NCBI GenBank assembly: GCA_051362555.1
Contig: CM120641.1
Location: 45,948,401 to 46,012,400, forward strand
Source of the DNA: Lingula anatina
Taxonomy: Eukaryota > Animalia > Brachiopoda
DNA: 64,000 nucleotides
Reading direction: 5' to 3'
Below, in pieces: positions 59,069 to 64,000 of the stretch; the stretch's first letter is position 1, and the number at the start of each line of letters is the position of its first letter. Under the pieces are notes generated by a model. The model searched no databases and had not been told where the DNA came from. It was given only the letters and a program-made list of their open reading frames with translations. A program made the position numbers and the translations under genes.

Positions 59069-60220
59069 AGAACTTTTTGGTCATTTCAAATAGAGAGCAT
59101 ATCATGACCTTATCGTTCAGAAAACAAAGGAGCCCAGGTCAGCTTGTCTTATTTTACCTCATGGTGTAAAGTTCACGGACTAATGACATACTTGATTTGT
59201 TTACCAACCTATCTGACAGGTGCCTCGTTATTGGTTATCGCTGTTGCAGTGTGAGATGTTAGCGTTCACTAGACCATGTTGACTTTGTTTGCGGTGCCAC
59301 CTGGTTAAATTGCGGTAGGAAAGACGCTGCAAGATTGCGATTGTGATTGTGACAGAAACTATTATCGATATTCGAACTGACCAAGTGCAGAAAAAAACTG
59401 TTACCTCTTTGTTATTTGCAGTCTGCAAGAAAAGATCTGACTGAATTTGCAGAAAAGTTGGCAGAAGAGGCTAAGAGTCAACCTAAGGGGAAACACTCCG
59501 TTATTCCAGTCATCTGGAAGTTCTGTGACCTGGATAAATCAAAAGACAAGTATGAACTGTGTTTGGTTGCTTTTGTTGTTGTTCTTGTTTTTTGGACAAT
59601 GCCAGTGTTTCTTTGACATATTATGCTTAGGCATTTGCAGAACCAGAAATATGGCTTAAATAATTGCAAAAAGTTAGTAATAATGAAAAATTAGAAACGA
59701 TGATAGAAGATGTTTTCAACGTCTTTTTAGAAGCGTTAATCGTAGGGAGTTGCTGCCGCTTACATCCATGTTGAAGCCTCTTGAGCATTGTCTTGGGCCT
59801 TTCTTGGACACGTGCGCAGGGGATGACCGCATGATCACTTTAGGCGAGTGGGGCACGTGTCTTGGCTTGGAAAAAGGTAAGAAATAGAGAGGACATCTTT
59901 TTTGAAAATAAAATTATAATGATAATGGCCAATGGGCCTCAATCATTGAAAAATAGGTGTGGTAATTTGATTAACATTCAATATGATTTTAAAGATTCAA
60001 ATTGCTCTGTATTGTCTTGACAGCAGAAAAAAAATCAACATAAATTGAATGACGTAAGAACTTCCTATAAAATGTTCATGGACGGTTATCGTTTTCAGTT
60101 TTCATAATTTTATTTTTGATTTCCTGTGTCGTTGAAGACGATGTCAATAAATTTGAGGACTTATGTGACAAGATGGAAGCCAATTTGGAAGAGGAGGAAG
60201 AGGAAGACGACGAAGAGTGA
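51526..60220 (+). CDS. SPARC: SPARC/osteonectin (BM-40), 273 aa, 8 coding exons
   Basis: Exons 51526-51591, 53052-53112, 53751-53866, 54287-54425, 56811-56893, 59422-59549, 59731-59876, 60138-60220 are phase-consistent. Signal peptide MAGKTLVAFAALLLAATCVLA; follistatin-N/Kazal region CREKKCKLGHEC...VCSTQNETFPSECDLDRERCLC...AHLDYYGECK; EC domain FSRRMSEWL...PVIWKFCDLD...LEHCLGPFLDTC...ITLGEWGTCLGL. Confidence 0.95.
56610..56784. mobile_element. PIF/Harbinger (Tourist-like) MITE, 175 bp
   Basis: About 56-bp TIRs GGCCCC(A/G)TTCAGAATAGGGGACTAACTAGTCCGAGGGTCAAATATGGC..., with a TTA target-site duplication (56607-56609, 56785-56787). Confidence 0.92.
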
Positions 60221-61820
60221 AGGGACGCAGGCGTCGTTTGGTTATTTAGAAGGAATAAGCAGTTCTAAAACGTTTCAAAGATAATGAATCCATTTTTCAA
60301 CCGGAAAGATGTTCTACTGTCTGTTCTTCAAAGTCTGTGAATCCGGATAGGGGTTCTCAAAACACGGCGTCTTTACGTCACAAGCTTTTCACTGCCACAG
60401 AATATCTGAAATGCTCCGCACTGCAATTTCGCTACTTGAAAATCAAAGCGCAATGAAAAACTTTCATTGAATTACACTGCTTAGATAAACATGTTCGAAG
60501 AGTTATTTTTTAATAAAAGTGCTACATCTGACACTCAGATTGGCAAGAGGTCCATCTTCAAATTTATATTACTTTTTCAAAGTGGTTGTATACTTTGTAC
60601 ATTTACTGACATTTTTTCTGGGGAAGCGCTTGCAATCTTAGCGGTACCACCAGCGTAGGAACATGTCAAATAAATTAAAAATAAACTTGTTATAAAAAAA
60701 TCCTAATGTTTTTTCTTTTCATATTTCTTTTCATGTTCATATACACTGATCCTGTAATTCATATAGTCTTGGATGTACTCTGTCAAATGGTGATCAGTAA
60801 CATCAACCCTGTTTTTTTTTTCACTTTGTTTGCTTATGTCGTAAAAATTCCAGCCATTGATTCTAAAGAACCTTAGATGTATAATCAATTTCATCTTTTA
60901 ATTCAAATACCGTTAACGGAATGAAAAAGTGAAGTTAATGCAATAATATATTTACATACAGGATTTATATACAGGATTTTGTCCGTAAGGCCGTCAAGCG
61001 GGCATATATGGAAATTTAAAACTGAAGAAGCGGGTCTGTACCGAATTTGAAATTCAGACTTAACTTTAAAGTGAAAAAAGGAGCAAAGAAAGAGGTCTCA
61101 AACTGAAATTAATTGTATTCTAAGTTTTATTTTCATTCAGTATGGCAATAATAAACCAATTACAAATAAAAATGGTCACAATATGATATTTAATTTTCAG
61201 GGTGTTAAAACACGCTCTTGAACAATTAAGACACACATTGCAGACTTATAGGCACGTCTATGTGACATATCAACATCGAAAACGTCATTTTCAATTCAGT
61301 TATTTCAACCTTACATGCTTTCTGGAAAATCTCATAAGAAGAGACTGTGCAAGTGAAATAATTCATCTCAGAGAAGAACATGCACGCCTCGTAACAAATA
61401 AAACACAGCGCAAGGTACCTTGGAAAGAAAAGTAATTTGTTCTAAGCAATCAATGAAATCGCTATTGAGACTACTATATCACGTAACTCCACCCTAAAGC
61501 TATAATTAAAAAGTCATGATTACCTGTGCGATACCATCATTTACGTGTCTTCCAGCGACCTGATGTAATCTCAATAAGTATTTTTTATTAATTACACTGC
61601 CGCCAAGACTATCACCATTTTCAAAAGAGCATTTGGGGATAATCGAAAGACTTCGCCCCTAGTAAATAGCAAGTGCCGCGGTAATATACCACCCCTTCGT
61701 GGAAAGACGGTACCAGTGGGTCTTTCGAAGAACTTCCACATGTAGCTGTTTAATTCATGTTTTACAGAACAATGGATTGGCTGTTCTGGTACTTAACACA
61801 GTAATCAGGATCTGATACAA

Positions 61821-64000
61821 TTATACCAGATGTTTTTCACTTGGCTTTATTTTATTTTTTAAGGGCGGCATCGGAAATGGTTTTTTCTCTGCTGCAGCGC
61901 CAGCGGTATTATTTTTAAGGGGTGACGTGTTGCTCTTTAGTGGTGGTGGAGGAAACGGTCTTTTGTCTGCCAGTACAGCAGAATTAGTGTTGTTTTTGTG
62001 ATTTCCATTTGGCATTGTCTTCAGGTTCGTTTGTTTATTGCCATCGGCATTGTTTGTGGATGTCCCCGTCGATCGCGTATTACCGTTCTGTCGCGGGGGT
62101 TCAGGCACTTTGAGTGTATCCTTAGGGAAGACTTTACCAGAGTGAGGTCGGTATCTCTGAAGTCGCTGTTCCTTGGAGGATTTGGGTCTGCAACAGCGTT
62201 TGCAGCAAAACGTGCAACAGATGATGAGGAGCACTAAGACAATGGGCACTAAAATGAAAAACCAGGCTAAATACTGGGCACAAACGTAATGTGAGGCACA
62301 ATACATCTCAGTGACGTTCACCGCTGCAGAACCATTGTCCGGGAAACCATCGACTCCGCTTATGTTTACAATGTCATCCCCATACATTAAAGGGATGGTT
62401 GCAGTTTCGGGTGAAAAAGATATTCCCACAAAGACGCACCTGATTTTCAATTTGGGCGGTGTAGTGAAAAGGGAAATATCGTTTGGCTCATTGCCAGAAC
62501 TCGTCAGTTCTTGTTCGTCATCAAATGATTCGTTTAAATACAACATGCTGTCATTCTGAACGATCATATCAAATTCAAGTACATAAGTAACGTTTGTATT
62601 GGTCGAATTTGTGGAATTAATAGTTGTTGCGTTTCTATCTGCGTCCGAAATAGCCATGAAATCGTCAGTTATTTTCTCGCCCATTACCATGTCGTCATTG
62701 TCGTCGGACGTCTCATTACCATTTACTTTCGTGGAGATGGTTTTCCCACGGGAAATCAAAGAGCTATTTTTGTCGATTGTTTCATTGGCTAATAGTCCTA
62801 TCTCATCAATCACCGTTCCATTGGTTTTTGCTTTCATTTCGTTTAATACCACTAATTTGTCCTCTACACTAACCGTGTGGTTTATGTACTCCCTTTTTTC
62901 CTCATATTCAGACTCGTTGATTGTGGCGTTGCGAAAATTGGTCAAATTCTCTGATGGTTTAACAGAACTGGTATCAAATACCGGGTCAGTGTCGTTGAGT
63001 ATTGTACATCTGTATCCGTGGGATGTAAAATTCGTGATGTCTTCTGCCCTTGCATAAACCGTGAAGGTTTCTCCCCAGGGTGCTGTAGGCTCCCCTGGGG
63101 TTATCCCTTCGGAGGTGACACTGTTAGAAGACGAATTGTCGGAAGCAACATCACCGGAATCGGTCAAGTTTTCTAAACTCGTGCAATTATTCAATGAATC
63201 TGGCACGCAGTCCGTGCCATTATAGTTTTCCCAGTTCGAAACGGAACAGTTTGTTCTATTTCCCGTACACAGTTTATTTCCCTCTCCATCAAAAATAGTT
63301 TCATTATAGTCTCTGCCTGTTACATTTCGGTTGACATATGTGCCATTGACAAATAAATGTGTGGCGTTGTACCACGGGCTTGAAACGTTAGTTTTGTTTC
63401 CACCCATAAAGCCCGTAGTGGTGCTTTCACCATTGCCAGGCCCACCAGTGTTGCTCCCGCCATTGCTATTCCCATTACTGTTACCGTTGCCGTTTCCATT
63501 GTCACCGTTCCCAGCATTGCTGTTGCCATTGTTTCCGTTGCCATTGTTACTGTTTCCATCATCACCGTTGCCATTGTTTCCGTTGCCATTGTTACCATCG
63601 CTATTATTGTTGCTTTCTATTCCGTTATTGGCGCCGTCATTGCCGCCGTTATTGCCTTCTCCATTATAACCATCAGTAGTCCTGCTGGTACTCCCTGAAG
63701 CTGCATCAGAATCCCTTACAGTAGTGACTTTGAAAACAGTTTCAGTAGTCAAATTATTATTGTTCCTGTTACTGTCTCCGCCTGAATTACCATCGTTGCC
63801 GCTGTTGTCATTGCCGTTGGAGCCATCGTTGGAACCACCGCCCCCGCCGCTAATTCCAGAACCTGAAGTTGTAAAATCACCGAGAAGACGAGTTGTACCA
63901 CTTTCACCACTCCAGTTACTGTCACCGTCACTGTGACTTGTGGTCATACCTGATAGCCAAACACCGGGGGTTGTAATACTTTCAGTGCTGTGACCATTTT
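61821..64000 (-). CDS. Asn/Gly/Thr-rich, heavily N-glycosylated single-pass (type I) membrane protein; 5' end lies outside the window
   Basis: The frame stays open from the window edge (NGHSTESITTPGVWLSG before the listed Met) to the stop at 61821. It has NG/GNN repeats, many N-x-S/T sequons, a TM segment LAWFFILVPIVLVLLII followed by CCTFCCKRCC, and a Pro-rich cytoplasmic tail. Confidence 0.88.
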   Translation of the reverse strand, partial: NGHSTESITTPGVWLSGMTTSHSDGDSNWSGESGTTRLLGDFTTSGSGISGGGGGSNDGSNGNDNSGNDGNSGGDSNRNNNNLTTETVFKVTTVRDSDAASGSTSRTTDGYNGEGNNGGNDGANNGIESNNNSDGNNGNGNNGNGDDGNSNNGNGNNGNSNAGNGDNGNGNGNSNGNSNGGSNTGGPGNGESTTTGFMGGNKTNVSSPWYNATHLFVNGTYVNRNVTGRDYNETIFDGEGNKLCTGNRTNCSVSNWENYNGTDCVPDSLNNCTSLENLTDSGDVASDNSSSNSVTSEGITPGEPTAPWGETFTVYARAEDITNFTSHGYRCTILNDTDPVFDTSSVKPSENLTNFRNATINESEYEEKREYINHTVSVEDKLVVLNEMKAKTNGTVIDEIGLLANETIDKNSSLISRGKTISTKVNGNETSDDNDDMVMGEKITDDFMAISDADRNATTINSTNSTNTNVTYVLEFDMIVQNDSMLYLNESFDDEQELTSSGNEPNDISLFTTPPKLKIRCVFVGISFSPETATIPLMYGDDIVNISGVDGFPDNGSAAVNVTEMYCASHYVCAQYLAWFFILVPIVLVLLIICCTFCCKRCCRPKSSKEQRLQRYRPHSGKVFPKDTLKVPEPPRQNGNTRSTGTSTNNADGNKQTNLKTMPNGNHKNNTNSAVLADKRPFPPPPLKSNTSPLKNNTAGAAAEKKPFPMPPLKNKIKPSEKHLV

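Noticed and set aside
61998-63936. Plus-strand and alternative-frame ORFs over the Asn/Gly-rich gene
   Set aside because: They are shadows of repetitive codons (poly L/P and TM/AT translations).

Overview
AT-rich, intron-rich animal genomic DNA, probably an invertebrate bilaterian. A mollusc or other lophotrochozoan is my inference from the HINE repeats, SPARC features and an NG-repeat protein. Five protein-coding genes can be reconstructed by hand: (1) MELK kinase, minus strand, 15 coding exons, about 721 aa; (2) head-to-head with it, an uncharacterised 7-exon, about 1269-aa, mostly disordered protein full of short repeated motifs and ending in a CCDC9-like helix; (3) a secreted, probably GPI-anchored LRR protein with an uninterrupted CDS; (4) SPARC/osteonectin, 8 coding exons, 273 aa, with an acidic C-terminal tail and a shortened EF-hand 2; (5) a 5'-truncated Asn/Gly-rich type I membrane glycoprotein with FPPPP-type cytoplasmic motifs. 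Mobile DNA includes a 3.9-kb Helentron-type HINE carrying a 162-bp tandem array and a second nested HINE, a Kolobok-like element in a MELK intron, and two MITEs. The region from about 6.3 to 21 kb has no convincing CDS and looks regulatory. The most interesting leads are the motif-rich orphan protein, a candidate 24-nt MELK microexon, a triplicated MELK splice acceptor, a candidate spliced antisense transcript inside SPARC, and the SPARC/NG-repeat gene pair. All calls are from reading the sequence by eye; no searches were run.
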